The position numbers and the translations under genes are program-made. A stretch of DNA of 63,618 bases, filler included, from Octopus bimaculoides (lineage: Eukaryota): the NCBI RefSeq assembly GCF_001194135.2. It is 4 parts of 3 records of this genome, joined end to end, with 100 filler letters (N's around TTAATTAATTAA, not from the genome) between each part and the next. Parts side by side here need not be neighbours in the genome. Positions count along the whole stretch, not along the records: positions 1 to 19,010 come from NC_068999.1; positions 19,111 to 45,256 come from NC_068981.1; 2 more parts are not named here. One strand, written 5' to 3'. A model generated the notes under the pieces. That model was not told where the DNA came from, did no database searches, and saw nothing but the letters and a program-made list of their open reading frames with translations. Shown here piece by piece: positions 13,731 through 25,273 of this stretch; positions within the stretch are counted from its first letter, which is position 1, and each line of letters starts with the position of its first letter.

Positions 13731-14134
13731 GCGCGCGTGTGTGTGCGTGTGTGTTTTGTGTGATGTATATTAAAATGTGCACTAAAAATTTCTGAAGTTT
13801 CTCTAAAAGAAAGACGCTTAAATAATTGAGAATGAAAGTAGAAAGTTGATAGCAAGAAAACGAAATATGCTCGCGATTCCTAAATGAGTATCACTCCCCT
13901 CTCCTTACCCTCTCACTGCACACACACACACATACAAAGATACACACACACACACACACACACGCGCACACACATGCATATACATGAGATGTGTTTTAGC
14001 AAGATGTTTAAGCAGTGTGCAAATTATCACAAGTTGTTATGTGGAGACAGAAAGAACCGGTTTGAAGTATTTCTGCCGTTAATTGAATCGCTATCCAAAA
14101 TCTAGTGTACGATAGGCGTTATCCTCAGTGGCAA

Positions 14135-14155
14135 CGTCGTCGTCATCGTCGTCGA

Positions 14156-14187
<32 letters not shown>

Positions 14188-14358
14188 GCATCAGCAGTAG
14201 TAGTATCGTCTGCATTGACATCATAGATATTATGACTACATTTGTTATTGTTGTTACTGTTGCCAAAATAAATATCATTATCATTATTATCATTATTATT
14301 TTTATTATCATTATTATCATTATTATTATTGTTGTTGTTGTTGTTGTTGTTGTTATTG
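14135..14358. repeat. Compound trinucleotide low-complexity tract (CGT/CAT/TAT/TGT)
   Basis: Direct read. Confidence 0.9.
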
Positions 14359-16514
14359 ATATTTAGGAAAGCGACATCATCAGTCTATAGCCTCTTCTCT
14401 TTGTTGCCAGCACCATCCTCTTCGTCATCAGCTTTATTATCGTAATCATCATCCGAAGCACCACCATAGTTATTTTAAAATTAATAACTGTTATCCTTTT
14501 TATCTATTCCATACTATTTTCCATTAGCCTGGATATTTTGTAAATCGAAAAACTAGTCAAGAATCATAATTGAGTTATTCGATAAAGACATTACAACTGA
14601 TTACATATATACATACTCACACACACATAGACACACACATACACACACACACACACACACATACAGACACACCCACACACATATATATATGCATACATAC
14701 ATACATAGATACATATATACATACATACATACATACATACATAAAAGTGATTATATGTATATAAACTTATATATTCACATGTAAAAACAATTATATGTAT
14801 GCATATATACAGACATAGAGCTTGATTTTACATGCATATATATATGTATATATATATATATATATATATACATAAAGACACGTATATATATACACACTCT
14901 CACACTTTGTATATATATATATATATATATATATATAACCTTCAGACTGGATTTGTGTTTGTGATGTCTAGGGTAGAGGTCATAAATCATGGTTCGTATA
15001 GGAATCGAAACAGATGCTGCAGACGTTGTATAACATTAATAGTCTGGCTGTCATTAATGATTAGGTTTTGTAGCTCTAAACCGAAAGCTCACTATAATCC
15101 CTATTCCCTGTTCTTTATCGGAGACCACTTTGAAATAATTAGCACGGATTTTAATTTCCTCGGTGGTGTATCATCACTGATTTGTTTATTTCCCTTTTTC
15201 ATTTTTGGCTATTTCTTTGCATATTCGATGTCTCACAATGAAGCCCGTTTTCTAAGAATGTATTTTTCCAATTCTTTATAATCTTGAGTATCATTTATGG
15301 ATGAAGTTTACCTAAATAAATGCTTATTAAGTAGAATCAAGTCCAGTTTCCGATGAGACAACTTTTGAAGAGAATTTATCAGCCATTCAATCGAAATTTG
15401 AAGACTTACTAACCCGTCTGTATTTATTTATCATTTCGAAATCCGTTTATTTGTTTGTTATCCGGAAACGCTTTACGGTGATCATTATTCATTCGTTTAT
15501 TGTTTCTAATTCTATTTCCTTTACCGTTTCAGTTAACAGATATTCTTGCTAGGATCTAATCACGTGGTAAAACCATTACCATTTGCTTTCATTATTTGTT
15601 CAAATATATCCAGTACACTGATACTTTCAGTATTCGCTAATGAAATCATTTCTCCGAAAATCATATCTGATTCATAACAAACCGTATAATACTTTATCAC
15701 ACAAACAAACACACACTCGCTCGCGCCCATGCGCACACATTCACACACACACTCACACGCACACAAGTGCGCGCTCGCGCGTATGCACACACATATATGT
15801 ACATGTATAGACCCTACAATTAAGGAACATATATAAATGTATAAATGCACTTGTACATGTGAATGTAGATGGCTATATATGAGACGACCTAGTATGAACT
15901 CCATTACTGTCACACTGACCGGTGTTTAGAAACGGAACTTCCTCTGTTGGCGGGAAATCTTAGATTAAAAGTAGATCATAATCGCTTATACATAAAACCA
16001 CACATATATATATATATATATATAGCACATACAAAGCGTCACAGATATCACTAACTCTACTGATATGAGTATCTCTTCGAAAATCAAAAAGAAACAGGAT
16101 GACTAATGGCATCTTTGAAACTTTCAGCTTGTATAACCAGGTTATAAATTTACATTTATACAAATAATAATTGATGTACTCGGTTTTTGAATAAATTATT
16201 AAGCGACAATTTGGAAAGGTTAAGACCATCGGACGCCGCCTCCCACAAAAAGAAAAAAATAGGTAAAGAGCTCAGGCAGTTAATTAGCACATTACAAAGA
16301 CTATAATCTATAAGTGCCACAGTAAAAGTATGCAAGACTTTACTCAAGTTCAAAACCTGAATTTGTTCTTCTTTCTTCCAACGATGGGGTTCTGCGTCTT
16401 CGTTGGAAATCAGTTCGTTCCGTACAGGAAGACTTCGAATAATTAGAAATAGAAGAGAACATACACACATAAATGCAAACTGAACAGTACATACCTATCA
16501 GCAAATACGATAGC

Positions 16515-16565
<51 letters not shown>

Positions 16566-17139
16566 NNNNNNNNNNNNNNNNNNNNNNNNNNNNNNNNNNN
16601 NNNNNNNNNNNNNNNNNNNNNNNNNNNNNNNNNNNNNNNNNNNNNNNNNNNNNNNNNNNNNNNNNNNNNNNNNNNNNNNNNNNNNNNNNNNNNNNNNNNN
16701 NNNNNNNNNNNNNNNNNNNNNNNNNNNNNNNNNNNNNNNNNNNNNNNNNNNNNNNNNNNNNNNNNNNNNNNNNNNNNNNNNNNNNNNNNNNNNNNNNNNN
16801 NNNNNNNNNNNNNNNNNNNNNNNNNNNNNNNNNNNNNNNNNNNNNAATAAGAACGACAGAAACAAAACCCACCACCACTACCACAAACAACAACAACAAC
16901 AACAATAATATAACCATAAGCAGGAAATAACCAACAATATTATCAGTGTGTGTTGAAGCCAAATTTCTCAATATTAATTTTACAAAAAAATGCTATTGTG
17001 TATTCCATACAATTCGTATATTTCCATCTTTAGATATCAAGTTTTTCTTTCATTTCTGACTGCTTTGTCCTTCATTATCTGTATTGCCATTTATCAAATC
17101 TTCAATATTTTTAACTTCATTGACTTGTTATTGTATCTC

Positions 17140-17182
<43 letters not shown>

Positions 17183-17609
17183 GATTAACTAGCTCTTTAT
17201 ATATCCCTCTTATATATATACACTTATACATATATTTATACATACACTTACGTAGACACACACACACATACACATGTATACAATCCCAAAACTCAAATGT
17301 ATACACATATTTATTTTCCATGTTTCTTTTGATCGATTGTTTTCTCTAACACACAATCTATGATCCGATATATGCGCGTCTGTGTGTTGTTTGTCTGTGC
17401 ATGTTGGTGTGTGTGTGTGTGTGATGTGTACTCTTGTGTGTGTGTGATGTGTACTCTTGCGTGTGTGTGCGCACGCGCGCGTGCGTGTATCTGATGTGTA
17501 CTCTTCGGTTGTTCATTGTTTGTGTACAATAAGGCATTTAATACACTTGAGAGTTATCGATATTCCGCATACGTGGAAACTTATCTTCGACAAACTCATT
17601 CAGTCTTAC

Positions 17610-17705
17610 CTCAGAAGATTGCACCTTTCTGAACATAGAAACAATCTTATTCAGACTCTTGCTAAGTTTATTCACAAACAGATAAACTTTTCTTAATGGA
17701 TGTAT
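17610..17705 (-). CDS. Candidate symmetric exon (IHPLRKVYLFVNKLSKSLNKIVSMFRKVQSSE), phase 0-0
   Basis: Acceptor gatttgttcactag, strong donor gag|gtaaga, and 96 bp open. No homology recognised. Confidence 0.3.
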
Positions 17706-18258
17706 CTAGTGAACAAATCACTTCTAGAATTTAAAAAGCTTCTATGGCTCTTAGAGTGTAACAACGTATATGATTCTTCTGCTATACAGAGTCAGCATTT
17801 CTTTGATCCATTTTGAAATGGATCTGATCTAAGGCTAAATTTTGAATTCTCCAACCGCGTTGTAGCTTATTAGTTTCCAGTCGTTTTGCCAATTTCGTCG
17901 TATTTGAACTACGCATTCTGCTACTGGTATTCCATGAAATTGCACCATCACAAAACTCACAATTCCTTACGCAGCTAGGACTGTAATTTCATGGATGGAA
18001 TCGTGCATATTCCATTCTTTGTCATTTATTTATTAATAAAAATTCCGATCTGCATTAAAATGCAACTTCATATAAAGAACTGCAGCAGAGGACGTCAGCC
18101 AATTAATACACCTGCGCACCTGGAGCTCATTAATTCTGCAAAGTATAAATACCGAGATATAACAAATGGTTTCTGGTATGTTGTGGCTAAACCAGTATGA
18201 TTCTGTGTGTATATATCTCTATAACAAAATAGATAGATAGATAGATAGACAGATTGAC

Positions 18259-18321
<63 letters not shown>

Positions 18322-18436
18322 GAAAGAGTGAGAAAGAGGGACATCGTGACGGTAATAATATATACTGTGTTTTATGTTAATCTTTCAGTCAATCTATCCA
18401 TATATCTTCCAACTACCTACCAACCTACTCAGCTAC

Positions 18437-18504
<68 letters not shown>

Positions 18505-18542
18505 GTCTATCTATCGATCTATCTATCTATCTATCTAATTAA

Positions 18543-18576
<34 letters not shown>

Positions 18577-18644
18577 GTATATATATATATGTATGCATGT
18601 ATGTATGTATATATACACCAACATGCACAGACAAACAACACACA

Positions 18645-19010
18645 GACGTGGTCAACCTTTATACAAATATCCCTCATGAATATGCGATTGAGGCAATTAA
18701 ATTCTGGCTGCACAAACACCCAGAAACATTTCCTAATCGCATCAACACAACTTTCATCATAGAATCACTTAAGTTCATTCTGACCAACAATTACTTCCCA
18801 TTTGCAGACACATACTTTCGCCAAAAATGTGGTATCGCGATGGGTACTAAAGCTGCACCAGTCCTTGCGAACCTCATAATGGGATTTTTTGAAGTAACAC
18901 TATATGAAACCTCACGTCAGAAATTTGGACACCTTTTCCACATCTTTTTAATGGATAACTGGAAAAGATATTTGGATGATTGTTTCATCATATGGAATGA
19001 ACCCTATGAA
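18645..19010 (+). mobile_element. Penelope-like element reverse transcriptase fragment, truncated by an assembly gap
   Basis: An uninterrupted frame [11 protein letters not shown]...ILTNNYF...YFRQKCGIAMGTKAAPVLANLIMG...WKRYLDDCFIIW carries the PLE RT motifs (DVxxLYTNIP, QxxGxAMG, RYxDD). Confidence 0.92.
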
Positions 19011-19054
19011 NNNNNNNNNNNNNNNNNNNNNNNNNNNNNNNNNNNNNNNNNNNN

Positions 19055-19066
19055 TTAATTAATTAA
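19055..19066. other. Assembly linker TTAATTAATTAA inside an N-gap (same at 45301-45312 and 60468-60479)
   Basis: The identical 12-mer is centred in 100-bp gaps with 44 N on each side and has a stop in all six frames. Artefact. Confidence 0.9.
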
Positions 19067-19226
19067 NNNNNNNNNNNNNNNNNNNNNNNNNNNNNNNNNN
19101 NNNNNNNNNNGAAATTAAAATTTTGGAAAGCTTGAGAAGATCATTGCTGGCATTTATCCACAGTTATTCAAAACTTTACGGAGATGTACTTGAATAGCAA
19201 GTGACTTGATCTGAGATCGTGTGCTG

Positions 19227-19736
19227 AATCAAAAATAATTGCAACGTGGAAAATGTCTGTAAGCCATTCATGAATACACAAAGCCAGTTAGTTTCACTTC
19301 AAGATTTAAATTTCAATTGTGTTTTGGGAGAGTCATTTTCTTTTTGTACATTATAATTTAACACACTCACCGGTAAATGGAATAAGTGGTGAGTGTGTTA
19401 AATTATAAGGCACAAAAAGAAAATTACTCTCCCCAGACACAACAGAATATGCTTCAACACACGAACTCACATAAAGAATCTTGCAAACCAAATCTAAAAA
19501 CGAAATTTAAATTTCATTTCTTTCAAAATATTTTTCTCACTTTGAAATCGCGACCTCCTATCTGACAAAACTTCCCAAAAGTGATGCAGCACGAAGTTCT
19601 GTCAGTGAACAGGTCGCGGTTTCAAAGTGACGGAAATATTTTGACACAAATGAAATTTAAATGTTGAAGTGAAACTAACTGCTTTTTTATGATCTTGAAT
19701 GACTTACTAACATCTTCCACCTGCAATTGTTGATTT
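19227..19736. mobile_element. MITE/foldback-like element with long outer inverted repeats and two internal hairpins
   Basis: Outer arms about 19227-19315 and 19652-19736. Hairpin 1 arms 19326-19371 and 19388-19433; hairpin 2 arms about 19503-19573 and 19594-19662. All verified by reverse complementing. Confidence 0.8.
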
Positions 19737-20296
19737 TAAAAGAAGTTATGTAAACGAGAATTCATTTTAATAGCATACTATTCGGTTCGAAAATATTTTT
19801 CCTACACACACGCGCAGCTTCGCTTGGTCAGGCGGGGGTAAAAATTTAGGTTATAATTCATTTTGTTGTTTTTCTATCAACTATGGACCACTCGTGTGTT
19901 ACTTCCATAAAATGTGTGTAATAGGAGAAAAATATTGAAAAAACATCAATACATATGAGAGTGAAAAAGAAGGGTGGTTTGGGTTGTGCTAGAAACAACA
20001 GCAAAACCTCTCTTGAAATGTTCACCTTTTCCTCTGAAAATATTTACAATTTTCTTTGTTTTGTTTTCAGCAAAAGACTCGTCCCATGGATTTTAAGTTA
20101 AAAAGGAAATGGCCAAAATCGGTACAGATAGTTATTATTGTAAGGCTTATAACGTTCCAAACAGCCATAAAAACAAGATTACTTTTAAATGTTGTTTACA
20201 AAGTTCTACAAGTATTTAAAAAAAATATTCATTCAATAAATAATGTTTCTGCATTACGTATATATTAATAGAATAAACTGTCAGTTTTCCAAATAG

Positions 20297-20450
20297 CGCA
20301 TTAAAACTTGAAATGAAAACATTAAAACAAAATGTGAGAGACTTTGAAAATGAATATGATATACTCCGCAGTGAATGTTATGAATATTTAAATTTGTGCA
20401 GAATTGGACGCAGTGAATGCAATGAATATGTAAATTTGCTAGAAATTGGA
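20297..20450 (+). CDS. Candidate exon, coiled-coil-like, with an in-frame 42-bp duplication (ALKLEMKTLKQNVRDFENEYDILRSECYEYLNLCRIGRSECNEYVNLLEIG)
   Basis: Acceptor ttttccaaatag and an open frame; the donor is uncertain (gga|gtaaag). Confidence 0.25.
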
Positions 20451-21289
20451 GTAAAGAAATTCGATACACATGCATTTACAAAAATATTTCCAGATGGTCA
20501 ACCTTTCAATACTTGCTTTCTTTTTGTACTTTTAGCAGTTGTTACATACCTCATCAATAAGCAGCTTTCTCCATTATAGTATAGATAAATAGAAGATATA
20601 CATACACATGCATATGCATGTGCGTGTATGTGTGCGTGTATGTATGTATGTACGTATGTATACACGAATGTATGTATGTATCTATCTATGTATCCATATA
20701 CATATAAGTGCATGTGTGATGCCTGTATGAGTGCAGGTAAGCGAAACAAATTACTCGATACTGTGAAGTAGAGTAAAATAATATTTGTTCAGCTACATCG
20801 AAGTGTTGTAATTATGTATTTGTTTTAGTAATAAAGTAGTAATACTGTCGAAATTGTGGGTGTAACCGTATCGTTGCCCCGCCTTTCAAGTGTAGTCGCC
20901 CTGCTACAGATAGAATTCCCGCAGAGGTTTAACCTGTCAGTCGGTGAAGCGGAAGCGTGAAACTTGACTAGGAACTCACTGACACACCGGGGAATATAAA
21001 TATTATTTTAGATTCTACTTCATTGTACAGAGTATTTTTAACCCTAATTACATCACGCCTGTCCACCCACGCATTCTGCCATTCTCGCGTATATATATAT
21101 ATATATATATACACGTGTGTGTGTGTGTATGTGTGTGCGTGCGCGGGTATTTATATTTATATATATACACACAATTATATAATTATGTCTGTATCTAAAA
21201 ATATACATACATATATACACACATACAAATACATACATGTATGTCCATATATATGTGTTTGTGTGTGTATGTATGTATATGTGTATATA

Positions 21290-21470
21290 TTTTTCCTGGT
21301 GAAGGCCGGTTTATGGGGTTAAAATGGGTAACTTTATGGCTTCTCGTCAAAACCTGTTGGCCTATGTCATAGCCCAACGGGTCTTGGGGTCAGACGATAC
21401 GCCATAAAGTTAAACCCTTTATGGACAGGAAACCTATGGTAACCCATAAACCGGTCTTTACCAGGAAAAT
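21290..21470. mobile_element. MITE (about 180 bp) with about 30-bp TIRs and an internal hairpin
   Basis: ttttcctggtgaaggccggtttatggggtta versus the reverse complement of taacccataaaccggtctttaccaggaaaa; internal aactttatggc...gccataaagtt. Confidence 0.8.
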
Positions 21471-21539
21471 TATGGACTGCTCTGCTTCTTAGAGTGTGCT
21501 TCTTCCGCGGATTTATGTTTTTCTAAAAATGATATACGC

Positions 21540-21599
<60 letters not shown>

Positions 21600-21693
21600 G
21601 TACCCCCCCACACACACTCACACACACACATACACACACACATATATGCACTTGTATATCTGTATGTGTATAAATACTTTCTCTCTGTTTCAG

Positions 21694-21795
21694 GCTGACG
21701 TAAAATATCTTGTATTTCAGATAATTGAGAACAAACAAGTATTTATGCACATCACTCCTCCTTTATATTCTCGAATCAATATCATGACCTCAGAG
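21694..21795 (+). CDS. Candidate symmetric exon (ADVKYLVFQIIENKQVFMHITPPLYSRINIMTSE)
   Basis: Strong acceptor tttctctctgtttcag, donor gag|gtgaaa, 102 bp with only phase 0 open. Confidence 0.2.
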
Positions 21796-23213
21796 GTGAA
21801 ATGGCAAAAAGATTATGTTTTACATTATATCTACGTATTCAACCGGTCGTATTTTCTTATTGAATTTTACTGCTAACCTGTTCTATATACATCCAATATT
21901 TACTTCCCAGTACATCTGCAATCTAAAGCTAGTGATCGAGACATTAAGGTATTTAACCTCATATTAATCGTAAATTCGATGTTTATATTCTTGACAGCAG
22001 CACTACTTTTGTGTCCATAGACACGACTGCGCTCTATATTGACTTACAAAGGTCATGAAACGCATACTACAAACTAATTATTTAAAGAATATTTTGTTAA
22101 CTTGCTATGAACGGATCAAATTCTCTCGTGGACAAATTTTAGAATAACTGCCATTTTCTTCACAAGTATTATTATATTCCCAGAACTTAATGCATATGAA
22201 AAATCGTTTTATATACTACGTGAGACATATGCATAAACTGAATGCAGACGCGAAAAAAATAAAAAGCACGTACTCAGTAAACTTGGCAAAATATATTCCG
22301 TTTGCTTTTTTTTTTTTTTTTTTTTTTNNNNNNNNNNNNNNNNNNNNNNNNNNNNNNNNNNNNNNNNNNNNNNNNNNNNNNNNNNNNNNNNNNNNNNNNN
22401 NNNNNNNNNNNNNTTTTTTTTTTTTTTTTTTTTTTGTCCGAATGTGGCAGTTCACTCTGTCAGTACTCTGCAAACAAATTCTTTCGTTGACTTTTGAAAT
22501 ACCACGTAGAACACCAAACGCGTCAGTTAAGGACAGTGTGATTTGCAAAATTTACTCATATACATATATGTGCACATATGTGTGTGCGTGTGTGTCTGTT
22601 TGTGCGTTTATGTGTGTATTCATATGTGTGTGCCTGGATGTATGCATGTATGTATGTGTAATGTGAGTGACTGGTTATAATGAGAAAAAAATTTCATTAG
22701 CCCTTTGAGCCTGTAACACCGGGTAACCGCTGGATGGCTTATTTCAGTTGCAAACACAAATGGGGGATTACTGAGAGATTAAATTTTTATGAAAAAGGTG
22801 AATAGAAGGCGAGTTTTTGCAAGGCGGAAAATGTCCTGACTTTAAATATCTATGCAGCTCAGAACTCTTCATGAGTGTAAAACTGTTGGAAAATGAAGGC
22901 ATTTCGAGAAATACCTACTAATTAACTTGACCATGCCATTACTTCTGGGTAAATATGCACATAGCCTGTTAAATTCTACTTTACAACTTCTAATTTATGA
23001 AACACATGTCTATCTATTTGTGTGTTCGTGCGTGCATGCTTGCTCTTATCAATTTGCGCTCATTCATTTTTATCTTTACCACACAACGGCTTACATTAGG
23101 CGTCTTTTTTATTATTTTTAAGATTTTAAATTATTTATTACAGTGTGCTGAGTATATGATATGAGTCCGAGGAGTTTTTATCAAGAAAAGACCTATGTAA
23201 AATAGATATAAAA

Positions 23214-24146
23214 TCTAGTTTCTATTACAACTACTACATATATGGGAAATTCTGCCTGTGGGTGTATTTGTGGAGTTGTTAGCTAACTCCTCCTACAACG
23301 TTTTATCGATTTTGATGAAACTTGACACGTGAGTAGAACTCATGTCTGTAAACCTCATGCCATACTCAGCTTGTTGAAAAATCGATAATCGGACACCTAG
23401 AAGGGATCCTTTTTGTGTATCTAATATATTTTATTTTAAAAACCATGTGAAATAACCCATTCGCTTCTGGAAAGAATCATTATATATATCCAAGGGAAAT
23501 AACCCATTCATTTTCCTAAATTATTTGGTAAAACTGAAATTGAGTATGCTTATTTCTTAGTATTTGAACTGTTAGGGTTATTTTTGTAATTTATCCAGTA
23601 CAACCCTGAAACAAGTAAATAGTATTTTCCTAAACAATAAATCCACTTATTTCGGTTAGTGATTTATTCATGAATATACCAACACTAGCACCCCTGAGGG
23701 TAATATTCTCTGGGAACGCACAAAATCCCTTTTCAGAGTTATTTACTTTGAATTGTTATTATCGCATATCTGATTAGCCAGTTATTATGTAACATGCTTC
23801 ACGATCTTAGTATACATACATTATTAGTATTTTCTCCTATGTTCTGTATACTCTGGGAACGCATGAGAGTCCTTTTCGGGGCTACTTTATGTGAATTCTT
23901 ACTATCGGGTAACTAATTTCAAGTTATTACATAACTGACTTCACAATTCGTGTATTCATGACTTATTCAGAAGCCCTAAAAACTAGAATCTGTGCAAGAC
24001 AGTTCGGTATTCTCTGTAAATACACAAAAACCGTTTTAAGGGCTACATACTTTGTATTGTTAAAATTGGATTAGCGAAACAATTATAAGAACCGAACCAA
24101 GGAATAATCCCCGCTTTTTGCCGGAATTACCGAGTACGTCAGCTAG
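23214..24146 (+). mobile_element. Non-autonomous Helitron-like element with internal about 145-160 bp subrepeats
   Basis: A|TC start and CTAG|T end with a short upstream hairpin (cggaattaccg). Contains atcgattttgatgaaacttg typical of such elements. Three diverged subrepeats start at 23704, 23847 and 24008. Confidence 0.6.
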
Positions 24147-24162
24147 TTATATATAAGTGTAA

Positions 24163-24378
24163 AGGTGCCGAGCTGGCAGAAACGTTGGGACGTCGGGCGA
24201 AATGTGTAGCGGTATTTCGTTCGTCTTTACGTTCTGAGTTCAAATTCCACCGAGGTCGACTTTGCCTTTCATCCTCTCGGGGTCGATAAATTAAGTACCG
24301 GTTGCGTACTGGGTCGATCTAATCGACTGGCCCCCTTTCCAAAAGTTTCGGGCCTTGTGCCTAGAGTAGAAATGATTA
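24163..24378 (+). mobile_element. tRNA-derived SINE, family A, near full length
   Basis: ggtgccgagctggcagaaacgtt...gttctgagttcaaattcc...gtcgactttgcctttcatcc...ggccttgtgcctagagtagaaa. Confidence 0.9.
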
Positions 24379-25216
24379 CATATAAGTATGCACGTGTCTG
24401 CACGTATGTGCACGTGTTCATGTGCGTTTATGTAAGCATATACGTATATATATATATATATATGGTTACGTGTATGCGTGGGGAGTGGAGGAAGGATGTA
24501 TAAAGGAAGCCAAACTATGAAATAAACGATATTTCAACAAGCCTATAATTTCCGATTCTTTACACACGATTCATTAAACTTATGACCCCAAGGATGTGAA
24601 GCATCAGTAAAGCTATTGCCTTCCAAAAACACCAGGTAAGTTTGACAGCTTTACGATTTATACTTTTACCACATAAGTGCGAAACAATTAATGTTTTTTT
24701 TAATGTATTTATTGCATTAAGTAATAATACATTTCTGTCAGAATATTAGACTTGTTGACAAGGGTATTCCCTTTTGTGATTTCTTATTGTATTAAATGTA
24801 TTATTAATCTCTCCAGAGACAGTTGTGTGCATTTACATTCCAGAAACTACAACGTGTCGAAAATTCACCGATACAAATTTTTGAATGTATTACTATAAAG
24901 TAAATTGCTTAATTCGTTTTATTCGTAAAATCTTTAATATAGATGAGAAATAAACTAATTTTTCAAGTGTGAAATTTATTCCAAAACTATATATTTGAAT
25001 GGTTTCAATATGTGTGTGCGTGCTAAATATATTGTATAACGTATAAATATATCATATTTTACACATACATACATACATATATACATACATACATACATGC
25101 ATACATGTTTATGTGTGTGTGTGAAAGAGAGAGAGAGAGAGAGGGAGATAGGTCGATAGATACATAGATATACATACTTATATATACATACATATATATG
25201 TGTGTGTGTGTATATG

Positions 25217-25271
<55 letters not shown>

Positions 25272-25273
<2 letters not shown>

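Noticed and set aside
14380-14470. Acidic minus-strand frame YGGASDDDYDNKADDEEDGAGNKEKRL*
   Set aside because: It has no acceptor, has an upstream in-frame stop, and is embedded in decayed (CAT)n sequence.
19055-19066. Recurrent TTAATTAATTAA islands (also 45301 and 60468)
   Set aside because: These are scaffolding linkers centred in fixed-size N gaps, not biology.
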